A DNA stretch of 64,000 nucleotides from Octopus sinensis (lineage: Eukaryota): contig NC_042997.1 in the NCBI RefSeq assembly GCF_006345805.1, positions 166,718,001 through 166,782,000 of the forward strand. Direction: 5' to 3'. Of this stretch, positions 11,860 through 23,237 are shown in pieces (the first letter of the stretch is position 1; every line of letters begins with the position of its first letter). A program made the position numbers and the translations under genes. Under the pieces are notes generated by a model that was given only the letters and a program-made list of their open reading frames with translations, was not told where the DNA came from and searched no databases.

Positions 11860-12330
11860 GGGGAAAAAAGTTCACTTGTCCAGAAGCGATTATCTTTTAT
11901 AACGAATATATGGCTGGACCAGATCGCTCTGATCAAATGGCAACACTATGAACTGGATCGAAAAAGTAGAAAACGGTGGACCAAAGTGTTCTTCAGGCTT
12001 CTGATGACAGCTATTTATAACAGCTATGTTATTCACTCTGAAGTTCACCATACGAAACAACCATTTATAAATTTCTTAGTAAATGTAGCTGAACGTTTGA
12101 TCGAAGCAGAATGGTCGATTTTTCCTTAAAAGAGAATGAGATCTTTCGGACGGCCTTCTAAGACTTCAGAGTTAATTTTCGAGTGTAGGTGATCATATGC
12201 CATCAAAACAAAAGAGTCGCAGAAGATGTACTAGATGCACTCCAAGGAACAAAGAATGGAGGACCCAAGGGCAGGAATCCGAAATGTTAAATGCTTTACT
12301 CGTGGTTTTATTGAATGTACTTAGTCTTTC
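11860..12330 (+). pseudogene. piggyBac-type transposase C-terminal remnant
   Basis: CPEAIIFYNEYMAGPDRSDQ, then after a frameshift ELDRKSRKRWTKVFFRLLMTAIYNSYVI, and later RRRCTRC. This matches the piggyBac YNxxMGGVDxxDQ...KWWKK.FF.L...A..N.Y pattern and Cys-rich tail. Confidence 0.75.
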
Positions 12331-13519
12331 TTACATTTACCGTAAATCTACTTTTTAGAATCTGTAATCTACATTACTCCAACTTAGCCTCAGCTTCAGT
12401 TCTCCCATAAAATCCTCATCGCATTAAAGTAAAATTAAAACAGATGCTATGTTGTTGTTGATTAACTTTTACTTATGATCGGACAACTTCTTGTGATCCC
12501 ACTGGAAGTGGTGCCATGGTAGAATTTGAAATTTGAAGTGTATTTTTTGCCTGGTATCTAGGGAGAGGTGTCAGGACTCAATGACATAGATGAAGCACTT
12601 TGTCATAGACGATACACAAGTATTGTTAATCTATATTCGACTACATACTCGAGTGTTGGTGTTTGTATATGTATATCTGTCTGATGGCATGTGTGTTTGC
12701 ACTTGCTAGCTTACTTGTATTTGTGTATGTTTGTATTTAGGCATGAGTTTTGTATGTTATGTGTGAGTGTCTAATCGATGTTGTATGCCTGTATGTTGTT
12801 TTTAGGCTCAGGTCAGTTTTGATTGAGCAGGCTAGTGATCAAATTCGTTCCATTCGCGACAGTCACATCTTTTAATCACAGTATATCTATGTCACATCAT
12901 CCAACATATTCTTTCACTTTTAAAACGACAGAGTATGTTTTGAAGCAGATTCGCTACTATTTCTGTCTATATGTGTAATCGTTAATAACTAAAGAAAACA
13001 TTTGGCGCCATAACTCACAGCTATTTATAATGTGCCAAAATATTATAATGATATAAATGTGAGAAGCTTCAATGCCATATGTTGATATGGTAGATTGTTA
13101 TGTTTGTATTTAGTGTGGAAAGGGAAAATAATAAAACTTGTTTAGTATAAAAAGAAAGGGGGTCAGAGGGCTGCTTAGGTTTAAATACATCTCGTTAAGA
13201 ATAAATATACTAAAGCCAATATTAAACTGTATTCAGCATAATTATCATAGATACATTTAAATAACCAACATGCAACCTATCGCGTTTATTTGTGCTGCAA
13301 TGATATTTTATTTTCAAAATATTGAATGGGAAACTAAAAGAACAGAGCTATCTAATTAGTATTGGTTTAACCGGAATGCAGGGACAATGTTCACGGCCCT
13401 CGCAGAGCAACGCGGTTAATGTTTGTCTTGAATAATTATATTTCGTCACTATCAGGACCAACTTTTATGAATAAACTAAATAAGCTACAGAAAAAAATTG
13501 TCCCAAACGGGCTTTCAAA

Positions 13520-13936
13520 GGATCTTTTCGGTTTGAACGGCAGTTTTTTCTAGCGGTGTCATATGAAATTGTCACCCATAATTATGCCCTAGTATCGATC
13601 TATTGCATTTCAATCTGTTTTAGGGTTAGGGTTAGGGGTGGGGGAAGGGTATCTTTTTTTCTTCAGAAATGTAAATAAACCCAATCTGTTTTTTAAACGA
13701 GGGACATATACATACGGCACAGAATGATTTTTAATTCATTAGACGTCAGTGATTGGTTGAAATTGCAGAAATTGAAGAAAAAAACAACAACAAATATCTT
13801 ACAAACCATAGAATTTTTTCAATAAAGCCAAGAGAAAAAGACGATTTATAAACACATTCTACCAGTAAACGAAGTTTAAAATTTTTTAGTTACCTACAAA
13901 TTATGTTAAAAACTGCCGTTCAGACCAAAAAGATCC
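13520..13936 (+). mobile_element. Mutator-like MITE (~420 bp), copy 1
   Basis: TIR ggatcttttcggtttgaacggcagtttt; imperfect 9-bp TSD gctttcaaa/cttttcaaa; near-identical to three other copies. Confidence 0.85.
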
Positions 13937-14825
13937 CTTTCAAATTGCTCATTTTTCTTGCAAATAAAAGTTTACGTGATCTTACTAAAGAATTAAATTA
14001 CATTGAGTCAGGTAGTTCGATGGGAAGGAATTTCAAGTATCTATGTTCTTATTGAAAAATGTCTTGTAACTGACTAATTAAAGATGTATTTCCCCCAACC
14101 TCATTCACACGAAACTGTTTATATATGTTAATGGCCCTTTTGTCAAGTTTAGTTATTGTACAACCATATTCTGTATTAATTACTAAAGGGCCTCTAGAGG
14201 ACCCCATAACTTACAGGCTCCTCTTGTCTACACTCAGTAATGGTGCTGATCATAAGCGCTGATTTAAACTTAAGTGCATATATATTTTTAGATAAAATTC
14301 TTGGTGTGTAATAATTAAGATTGGTTTTAGAATATATATAAGACACATACCGATTGTATCACTCAGAGAAATCGTATTCAGTATCTCATGATTGCGAAGC
14401 CCATAAACAAAAATTACAACAACAGCAACAACCGTGACAGTAATGTTGTCCATCACGAAAGCAATTACACCATCAACATTAATTATAATAATGTTGATTT
14501 CAAATTTTTGGCATAAGGCCAACAATTTCAGGGGAGGGGCTAAGTAGATTATATCAACCCCTGTGTTCAACTGGTACTTGTTTTATTCTTTTCTACTCTA
14601 GGCACAAAGCCCGATATTTTGCGGGAGGTGGGGGGGGGGGCAGTACGCAACTGGTACTTTCGAGCCCGAAAAGATGAAAGGCAAAATCGACCTCTGAGGA
14701 ATTTGAACTCAGAAAGTAAAGACGGACGAAATGCCGTCTAGCATTTTTTCTAGAAAGGATGAAAGACCTAAAAACTATGTTATTTTAATCTAACGTACTA
14801 ACAACTCTGCTAAGTCACCGCTCAA

Positions 14826-15541
14826 CAGTGGCGGCTCGCGTGTAGGCACTGCGGAACTGCAGCACCCCCTATTTCCATTTGATATTATCGATAACATTTA
14901 ATAGAATGAGTCCTTTTTTCTTTAATTCTTTCTTTATACTTGTACACTATATAATCCTTAAGCTTAATGTCAGTAGCCATCCCCTAGTTTATGAAAAAAA
15001 TACAAAAACCCTCATGTAAAACTGTGCGCTTCACAGTTCCAGCAACGCGGTGTTTGGATATCGTGCGCATGCTCACATGTCCGAGATAGGAAGCTTCACG
15101 CTAGGGAGAGAGAGAGCACTGTCGTTCATACAGTGCTGACCCCGGTGTGCTGATGAAAAGTAATGTTTCTTTTCGACACCGCGTGTGTTGTGCTTAAAAA
15201 CGTGTTTATGTTCTTGACTGTGATAAAGTGTAGAAATAGATTATTATCCTGTTTCTAGCCTCAGAGTTGCTGCCAGGATTTGAAAAAAATAGGGCACATT
15301 TACCCCGCTTATTTTGTGATTTAGGGGGAATTTTTGAAAAAAAAGGGGCAAGAGGCAATTCGCGGCGGTGTACAGTGAACAAATTAAACACCACCCAGCA
15401 GTGGCTAAAAACGCGAACCAATCAAGTTTATGTATAAATTTTCTTTTTATATGTTTGTTTCCTTTTACACAATATTAAAACAAAGGCTAAAAATTTTCTG
15501 AAGCAGTACCCTCCACTAATTTTATCTAAGAGCCGCCACTG
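14826..15541. mobile_element. Non-autonomous hAT element (716 bp)
   Basis: 12-bp TIR cagtggcggctc/gagccgccactg; perfect 8-bp TSD ccgctcaa at 14818-14825 and 15542-15549; inserted in a SINE-A remnant. Confidence 0.85.
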
Positions 15542-16432
15542 CCGCTCAATCTTAACTATCGTTTCTAGCATGCGAGGGGACAAGGCTTCAGAGAAGGGGA
15601 ACAGTAGATTATATCGACTCCTTGATTGGTACTTCCTTTCATCGACTACGGAAGTTGAAAAGACAGAGTCAACCAAAATCGAGATTTGAATGCAAAATGA
15701 AAACAGCAGGATCACATGTTTTGATCCTGCGTTCTGAGTTCAACACTACTTGTGTGGTGGGCTTAATCTGTCGTCCAGCCTTTTTATTAAAAGTATCTGG
15801 ACTTTTTTTTTGTTTTGAGGATATATCCATCTATTCATCCTACAAATCTCTATATCTTTGAAAAAGCTAACCTAGGAAGGAGGAACAGATGCTGTCATTC
15901 TCATGAAAGGTAATAAAATTCATTGTTAACTGGTTATACTTTTTAGATCTAGTGCCTTGATAACAAAGAACATATAAATTAACAGTTGAATCCAGTTTTC
16001 ACTACAGATGACTAAAAGATGAATTAAAAAAAGGGTACACCTAACAACACGGATGGTTAAGGCTGGTATGCTTTGATTATGTGTTTGCTCAATTAGGTCT
16101 GACCTGGTGCCAAACAACATTAACAACAAAAATAACTACAGCGCTCAAACCATTTGCACACTTCTAATGATACTGCCAACGGTAAAAGTTACTAATGTAA
16201 TAAAGACAGCTACAAGAATTACAACAGCAAAAACAAAAAGAAAAGTAAAGAGGATTTCTAATAATAGCAGAACCATATATTGTTGGTGCAAGTGAAAAGG
16301 TAAACAGATGCCAGTGTAATGGTCTGAAAATAGGTTATGCCAGCTGCTTTAGCTACCCCAAGGAGATTCACAGCGTGCGTTTAAAATGTGAAGTTAAATA
16401 AATATTATAGGGTTGAATTCTGATAATAATAA

Positions 16433-16830
16433 CGGTTTTAAATTTTGCCACAAGGGTAGTCTATTGTATGCGGGAACGAGTCAATTACATCGACCCCAGT
16501 GCGTAACTGGTACTTAATTTTACCGATCCCGAACGAATGAAAGGCAAAGTCGACCTCGGCGGAATTTGAACTCAGAACGTAACGGCAGACGAAATACCTA
16601 TTTCTTTACTATCCACAAGGGGCTAAATACAGAGGGGACAAACAAGGACAGACAAACAGATTAAGTCAATTATATCAACCCCAGTGCGTAACTGGTACTT
16701 ATTTAATCGACCCCGAAAGGATGAAAGGCAAAGTCGACCTCAGCGGAATTTGAACTCAGAACGTAGCAGCAGACGAAATACCGCTAAGCATATCGCCCGG
16801 CGTGCTAACGATTCTGCCAGCTCGCCGCCT
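16433..16830 (-). mobile_element. SINE-A head-to-tail dimer (long-tail unit followed by short-tail unit)
   Basis: Junction at 16598/16599 reads ...aaagaaata|ggtatttcgtctg on the minus strand. Confidence 0.85.
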
Positions 16831-16831
16831 A

Positions 16832-16906
<75 letters not shown>

Positions 16907-16937
16907 AATAATGATAATGATAATGATAATAATGATG

Positions 16938-16985
<48 letters not shown>
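16832..16985. repeat. (AAT/GAT)n microsatellite
   Basis: Directly visible. Confidence 0.95.
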
Positions 16986-17451
16986 GGAGGCACTGAAAAA
17001 GCTTACACCTCACAGAAGTGACTGAACATGTTGATAATGTCACATTCTTGTCATGTAATCAGCAAGTGCCCAAAATGTCATTTCTGTATTATTTCCAATG
17101 CAGCATAACACTGTTATATATATCTATATATAATGCCATATACAGGGGTGGGGAAACTGCCTGTAGTAATGCAAACCGTGCGGATGAAAACTGCCCTAGA
17201 ATATATATATATTAAATCTTTTGGCGGATACATACGTTTCAACATCAAAACTTTCTGCAAATGCAAACAATAGCGGTAAGGATGTTTGGGTTGGCAAAGG
17301 AAAATTATGTACGGGTCAGCAGTACATTTTCTTTTCAAAATCAGCGAGAAAGAAAATATTCACGGATAACTGTTTTAAAAACTATGGCTCCTCTACTAAT
17401 AGCATAAATTCATATTTATAACTATAATTATTGGTGCAATAATTATTAGTT

Positions 17452-17765
17452 AGTAGGAGTAGCTGTGTGCTAAGTGTCTTCTACTATAGCTTTGGGCCGA
17501 CCAAAACCTTGTGAGTGGATTTGGTAGACGGAAACTGAAAGAAGCCCGTCGTATATATATATATGTTTGTGTGTCCCCCCCCCACATCGCTTGACAACCG
17601 ATGCTGGTGTGTCTACGTCCCCGTAACTTAGCGGTTCGGCAAAAGAGACCGATAGAATAATCTTACTAGGCTTACCATGAATAAGCCCTAGGGTCAATTT
17701 GCTCGACTAAAGGCGGTGCTACAGTACGGCCGCAATCAAAATGACTGAAAAAAGTAAAAGAATAA
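17452..17765 (+). mobile_element. SINE-B with head deletion
   Basis: aagtgtcttctactatagc...gatttggtagacggaaactgaaagaagcccgtcg...aaagagaccgatagaataa matches 57356-57745. Confidence 0.85.
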
Positions 17766-18263
17766 AAGAATCTAAGTGATAATCTAGAAAATATGAGATT
17801 TCCAAGCAAAGAAAGTAACAAGTTTACACGCGCTTTGCAAATACAACCTGTGAGCAGAACGGTAGTAATATGCAATACTTTCCTAAAGTTTAGCACATAA
17901 CTTTTCATCGGCTGTAGTTATTTAACGATGGAGTTATATTTTTTGTTAGAAGCTAGCTCCTTCTTTGCAGGAAGAATTTAAATAACTAAAAAATGAAAAC
18001 ACACGCATATTTATATGGGAAGTTGGGAAACCACTGTGGCTATAGAGAATTATAGAGAAAAATATGGTAAATCTATCCATGCATTATGAAGAAGCATTGC
18101 AATAAAGAGGTAAAATGAAACGTCACACAAGGAAAGGAAACCCTATAGATAGCAATAATCTCATAAAATACACGAGAATATGGTGTAAGTTTTTCTGAAG
18201 ACTTGGATACAGACGGTACAAATTATGGCCCATCTACAAAAACAATTGCATCATTACTTTTCT

Positions 18264-18640
18264 ATATCCTCGGAATGGTAATTGTTGAGCGAGCTCTTTT
18301 AAACATCGAAGAACGGTGTTTATAAAAAAGTATTCAACGGTCAAAAAGTATGTTTAACTGCGAAACCTTTGAAATAAAGTTTGTCAGATAAACAAAACTG
18401 ACGATCTTATGTTGGCTTTTGAAAACTCAATGATTTCTCAGTTTATGGGGAAAACTGAAGTTTCTAAATTTCAGATTTCAATCTTGGGTAGAAACTGTGT
18501 CAAAGTTTCTGGCTGGAGTGCTGTCAGTTCAAAGGTTTTACAATGTTAGCGTACTTTTTGACGGTTGAATCGTTATTTATGGACACTTTCACTCGATATT
18601 TAACAGAGAGCTCGCTAAATGACTGTCATTTATAGGATAT
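18264..18640. mobile_element. Old MITE with ~115-bp diverged terminal inverted repeats
   Basis: atatcct...gagcgagctc...ttcaacggtcaaaaagta...aaacctttgaa on the left is mirrored by ttcaaaggtttt...tactttttgacggttgaa...gagctcgcta...aggatat on the right. Confidence 0.65.
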
Positions 18641-19559
18641 GTTAGCATACTGAGGCAATTATTTTTTTTTTGTAGAATTACGAATTATACCGTGTGTTTC
18701 CAACTCTTTAGAATGCATACTCCGTATTCATGAGTGTCGTATAAGACGAATAAAAAGGATTGGCGTCAGACAGAGCATTCGGTTGCAAAATACTATCTTA
18801 AGAATTTCCGCCCAATCCATGCTAGCGTAGAAAAGCGAACATAAAATTGATGATGATAAGAATTAAAGTCGGTGGCATAGCGAGGATTTTGGCCGTTCCT
18901 TACTGTAGCTAAATTGGCCGCTCACTTCCTAAAGCATAACATACCTTCAACCACAGCAAATACACATATATACAGTGGCCATACTGTGCAGTCTGCACAC
19001 GTCTTAGATTCCACATTACACCACTGGTTAGTAAGTTTTTTTTTGCTGTTAATGTTTGATAAAGAGTTGTAGCAGAAATAATTTACTTCAATATAATCAC
19101 GTTTAAAGAGATTACTGAAGGCGTTGGTTTGGGAAAATGTAGGTCTGTTAGCTTCAAGAAATTTTTGGCTTTGTTGGTGCATACGTGTAAAATAAAGATA
19201 AGGTTGTAACAAATATACACAAAACAATACATGCAACGTATATAAGTAACTTAATTTTATCTTTTTTAACAAGTTTTTTTTCTATATTTTCGCGTAAGAT
19301 CTTCAAAGAAAATATGAAAAACCTGACGTAAAACTAGAAAAAACAAACCCCGCCGTTACACACACGTGCACGCACGTATGCACACACACATACACAAAGA
19401 CGATACAATATGCATACAATATATATCATACCTGACTTTGCAAACAAGTTCATTAGTGTATGCATGTTAGTATTAATAGCAGCATATGTATACATAGTCA
19501 TAAATGGCCAATACTCATGAGAGAGAGAATGCCATACTGATAAGTCTTTGACTGACAGA

Positions 19560-19915
19560 GCGGCATATATATATATAATGTAAAGGAATAGGGATTTTCT
19601 AATCCGGACAGATACCTTAGAAGCATTCTGGATAAAACCCAAATGTTGCTAACTTTTTGAATTTTTGAAATTCTTGTAAACTTCATACATTTATAACTTT
19701 GCTCCTTTCTCTTCTTTTCTTTTCTGCTTTTACCCATCTATTTCTCATTCCAGCATATCTAACCGTTAATCCAGACACATTTTTGTCTCTTGCCATTTTC
19801 TTTCCTAATTTCTTTCTGTTGCAGAGCATAGGCTCGAAACGTCAAAGACTTTTCCAACTTTCCCAAGCGCAAAACTTACACACCTTGGTGGTTGTTCCTT
19901 CACCAGTCTCTGTCC
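19560..19915 (+). mobile_element. Penelope-like 3' remnant
   Basis: DTLEAFWIK (GIY-YIG C-terminal-like) at ~19611-19637, followed by a degenerate hammerhead-like motif at 19811-19848. Confidence 0.5.
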
Positions 19916-19958
19916 TTTCTTTTTTAGACATTTGAACTATATATATGTATGTATGTAT

Positions 19959-20015
<57 letters not shown>

Positions 20016-20029
20016 TTATCTTTTACTTA

Positions 20030-20071
<42 letters not shown>

Positions 20072-20254
20072 ACACACAAAGACAGTGAAGGAGGGAGGGA
20101 TAGGAAAATATGGCAGGGTTTTACATATAATATGGTTGCTGACGTTTCGTTTAACTTAGATAATGTAATTTGAATACAAAACTAAAAGAAAAAAATCTCC
20201 CGCTTTAATTTTTAAAATCTTAAAAAAAAGCCGGAGTAGGAGATATATAGATTG

Positions 20255-20294
<40 letters not shown>

Positions 20295-20739
20295 GAGAGA
20301 GAGAGAGGGAGAGAAGGAGAGAGAGATGGAGAGAGAGAGTGGAGAGAGCACACAAATCTGACATCAACTTCCGTCAAGAAAATATAAACACATCAGTAAT
20401 TATTGATTGTTATGATTAAAAAAGTGAAAGAAATCCACTTCATTATCATTAATCTGCTGTGTCATCATCAGCCTCTTCCGACTCTTTCTCCTTATTTGTT
20501 CATTATCATTTTCCTTCCACGCCTAGTGCTATGTAAACATTCACACATTGTTATCTGTTTTTGTATCGTCCTCCTTATTCCTGGTAGCAAAGGAAAAAGG
20601 TATCATTGTAGTTCATCGGACAAAATGCCCAGCGTCATTTCTTCTGGCTCTTTACGTCCTGACTTCAAATTCCGCCGAAGTCAACCGAGTCTTTCATTCC
20701 TACAGAGGTGTATAAGAATAAAATAAAGTACCAGTCAAG

Positions 20740-21156
20740 GGATCTTTTCGGTTTGAACGGCAGTTTTTATACACAATTTCTAGTTAACTAAACACTTTTA
20801 AACTTCGTATACTGGTAGAATGTGTTTATAAAACATCTTTTTCTCTTGGCTTTATTGAGAAAATTCTATGGTTTGTAAGATATTTGTTGTTTTTTTTTCT
20901 TCAATTTCTGCAATTTCAACCAATCAATGACGTCTATTGAGGTGAAAGCATTCTGTGTCGTATGAATATGTCCCTCGTTTAAGAAACAGATTGAGTTTAT
21001 TTACATTTGTGAAGAAAAAAATATACCCTTCCCCCCACCCCCACCCTAACCCTAAAACAGATTGAAATGCAATAGATCGATACTAGGGCATAATTATGGG
21101 TGACACTTTCATATGACTCCGCTAGAAAAAAACTGCCGTTCAAACCGAAAAGATCC
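20740..21156 (-). mobile_element. Mutator-like MITE copy 2, inserted in a SINE-A
   Basis: Perfect 9-bp TSD ccagtcaag at 20731-20739 and 21157-21165; ~29-bp TIR. Confidence 0.9.
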
Positions 21157-22136
21157 CCAGTCAAGTACTGGGGTTGTCCTTTCCCCGCAAAACTGTTGGT
21201 CTTGAGACTATACCAGGAACCACTGGCGGTAAGCTGACAGAATCGTTCCTTACCTTCTGAGTTCAAAGGCCCCCGAGGACGACTTTACCATTCATTCTTT
21301 CGGGGTCAAGTATTGGGGTCGATGTCATCGACTAGCCTCCTCTTGCAAAAATTACTGGCCTTCTCTCAAAATTTGAAAGCGTTATCATTATTTTATTTGA
21401 CACTCGAGGCATAAGCTCGTGAATTTTATTGTTTTTTTCTTTCCACTAGAATCTCGCGTATATAATCCAAGCAATACCACATGAAAATGCTTTGAAGCAT
21501 TTGGTTAAAAAGATTTTATTAACCAGAAGACCGCCTGTCCCTGACACTCGGAATAGACAAACAATGATTTTTTTTACAGACTATATTTGCTTACAATTTT
21601 TGACTACCGAGCAGCAATCAAAACTAATGTGAATGTGCACGAAAACAGACAATACAAAATCAAATTACACAATAGAACGAAATGAAAACAAACATAAAAC
21701 AAAGCTGAAACTAGATATTTAATAGATAATGTAATATCTAATATATTTTAAGGAAGAATTTTAACAGTAGCGCTAACAACTATCACAATAACGACAATAC
21801 TACATAGCCATTAGCAGACGAAGCACGCAACATGTAGTAGTAATCGCAAGGTATTTAAAAAGGTTAGCTTTGCCTCAAACACTATTTTTAGAGACTTAAC
21901 AAAATTCCCGGAAAATTTCGGAGAAATTTGTTAATCGAGAGAGTGTCTCCTTGTTTCAGGTTCTAATACAAGAGAAGGCTAGAGTATATATTTATATGTC
22001 AAACGTACATTAAACTGTATCACAAAGCTTCATTTCGATTGAGAGAGAATTTGCCCCAAAATTACTGGCAGCACCTCTTCTAACTACAGTTTAGTCGGTA
22101 ATTAGACACATCCGCCACCCTTTTTAAAGTGCATAG

Positions 22137-22178
<42 letters not shown>

Positions 22179-22182
<4 letters not shown>

Positions 22183-22550
22183 CATACACCAACTAATGTT
22201 TCGAGTTAGTCTTTTTCGATTTTACGTGGTTTTTTTTTAAAGAAATTAATTAAAAAATAATCTTAACTTCACTCGAATTATTCAACTTTATGTTCGGTCT
22301 CAGCGAACCTATTTAAAGGCCTAAAATTAAAAATATTGAAACAAACACATCTAAAAAGTAAATACTGACGTGGAAAATTAAATAAAATACTCGCGAAAAT
22401 ACGTACAAACCATTTATTATAACAATTAAGCTTTTATAACGTTTTTAAAATGTTTTTTTCGTGTTACGTCGTTTTTTCGAGTTACGTCGTTTTTTCGAGT
22501 TACGTCGCATTTCTTGGAACCAGTTACCGACGTAAGCTGCTGTGTACCTG
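22179..22550. mobile_element. Possible Tigger-like MITE between CA/TG repeats, with subterminal 18-bp tandem repeats
   Basis: CAGGCATAC start and GTACCTG end; gagttacgtcgttttttc repeated about 3 times at 22461-22507. Confidence 0.35.
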
Positions 22551-22639
22551 TGTGTGTGTGATGAAGATTGCCAAAACACAGGCTGGAATAATTATGTAAA
22601 CCTCCGCCCATACACTCATGTTCTCGGTATACAGAGATG

Positions 22640-22990
22640 AGAAATATAAGGGTGACTTGCAAGGGACATTGAAATACGATGTGGATCCATGGCTGGTTGC
22701 CAGTTTTGTATCGAAGTATGGGGCGGGAGGTTAAAGCCGAGATGGCAGGAGACGACGTGTGGTCAGGGGTCGTCATATGGATTTGCAAGCTCTAATGATC
22801 ATCAAAGGCCACAAGGCCTCACTAGAGTTGTGTACCTAGTTGAAGGTGTCGAGACAAAAAGCATAGGACTGATGGTACAGGGCATAAGGCCGTATTGCTA
22901 TAGATGTTGTGACAACCACTTGGGGCGTAAAGAACTGGAAAGACTAGGAAAGAAAACGAGAAAGGGAAGTAGTGGAAACCACCTGAAACA
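22640..22990 (+). pseudogene. L1/Tx1-type ORF1 (gag-like zinc knuckle) remnant
   Basis: DVDPWLVASFVSKYG and LMVQGIRPYCYRC resemble the L1/Tx1 ORF1 pattern V.GRRP.CY.C; degenerate. Confidence 0.5.
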
Positions 22991-23156
22991 GAAACAAGAA
23001 AAGCAAACCCCAGTTTTCAGAGTGTGGATATTCCGGTGATGTAAACAGGACTGAGGTATAGTTGGGGTTTCAATATAGGAGACACGCGAAGAACAGGTTG
23101 TTGATTAAAGAAAGAAAAAGAAAGTGACTTTACAACTAACTACAACAGTATTATCC

Positions 23157-23237
<81 letters not shown>

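Noticed and set aside
13618-13650. True telomere or chromosome-fusion scar
   Set aside because: Only 2-4 TTAGGG units, and they lie inside a MITE with TIRs and a TSD.
18909-19030. Possible exon (ag|...|gtaagt with one open frame, KLAAHFLKHNIP...)
   Set aside because: No recognisable homology and no linked exons; such signals occur by chance. RNA-seq is needed.
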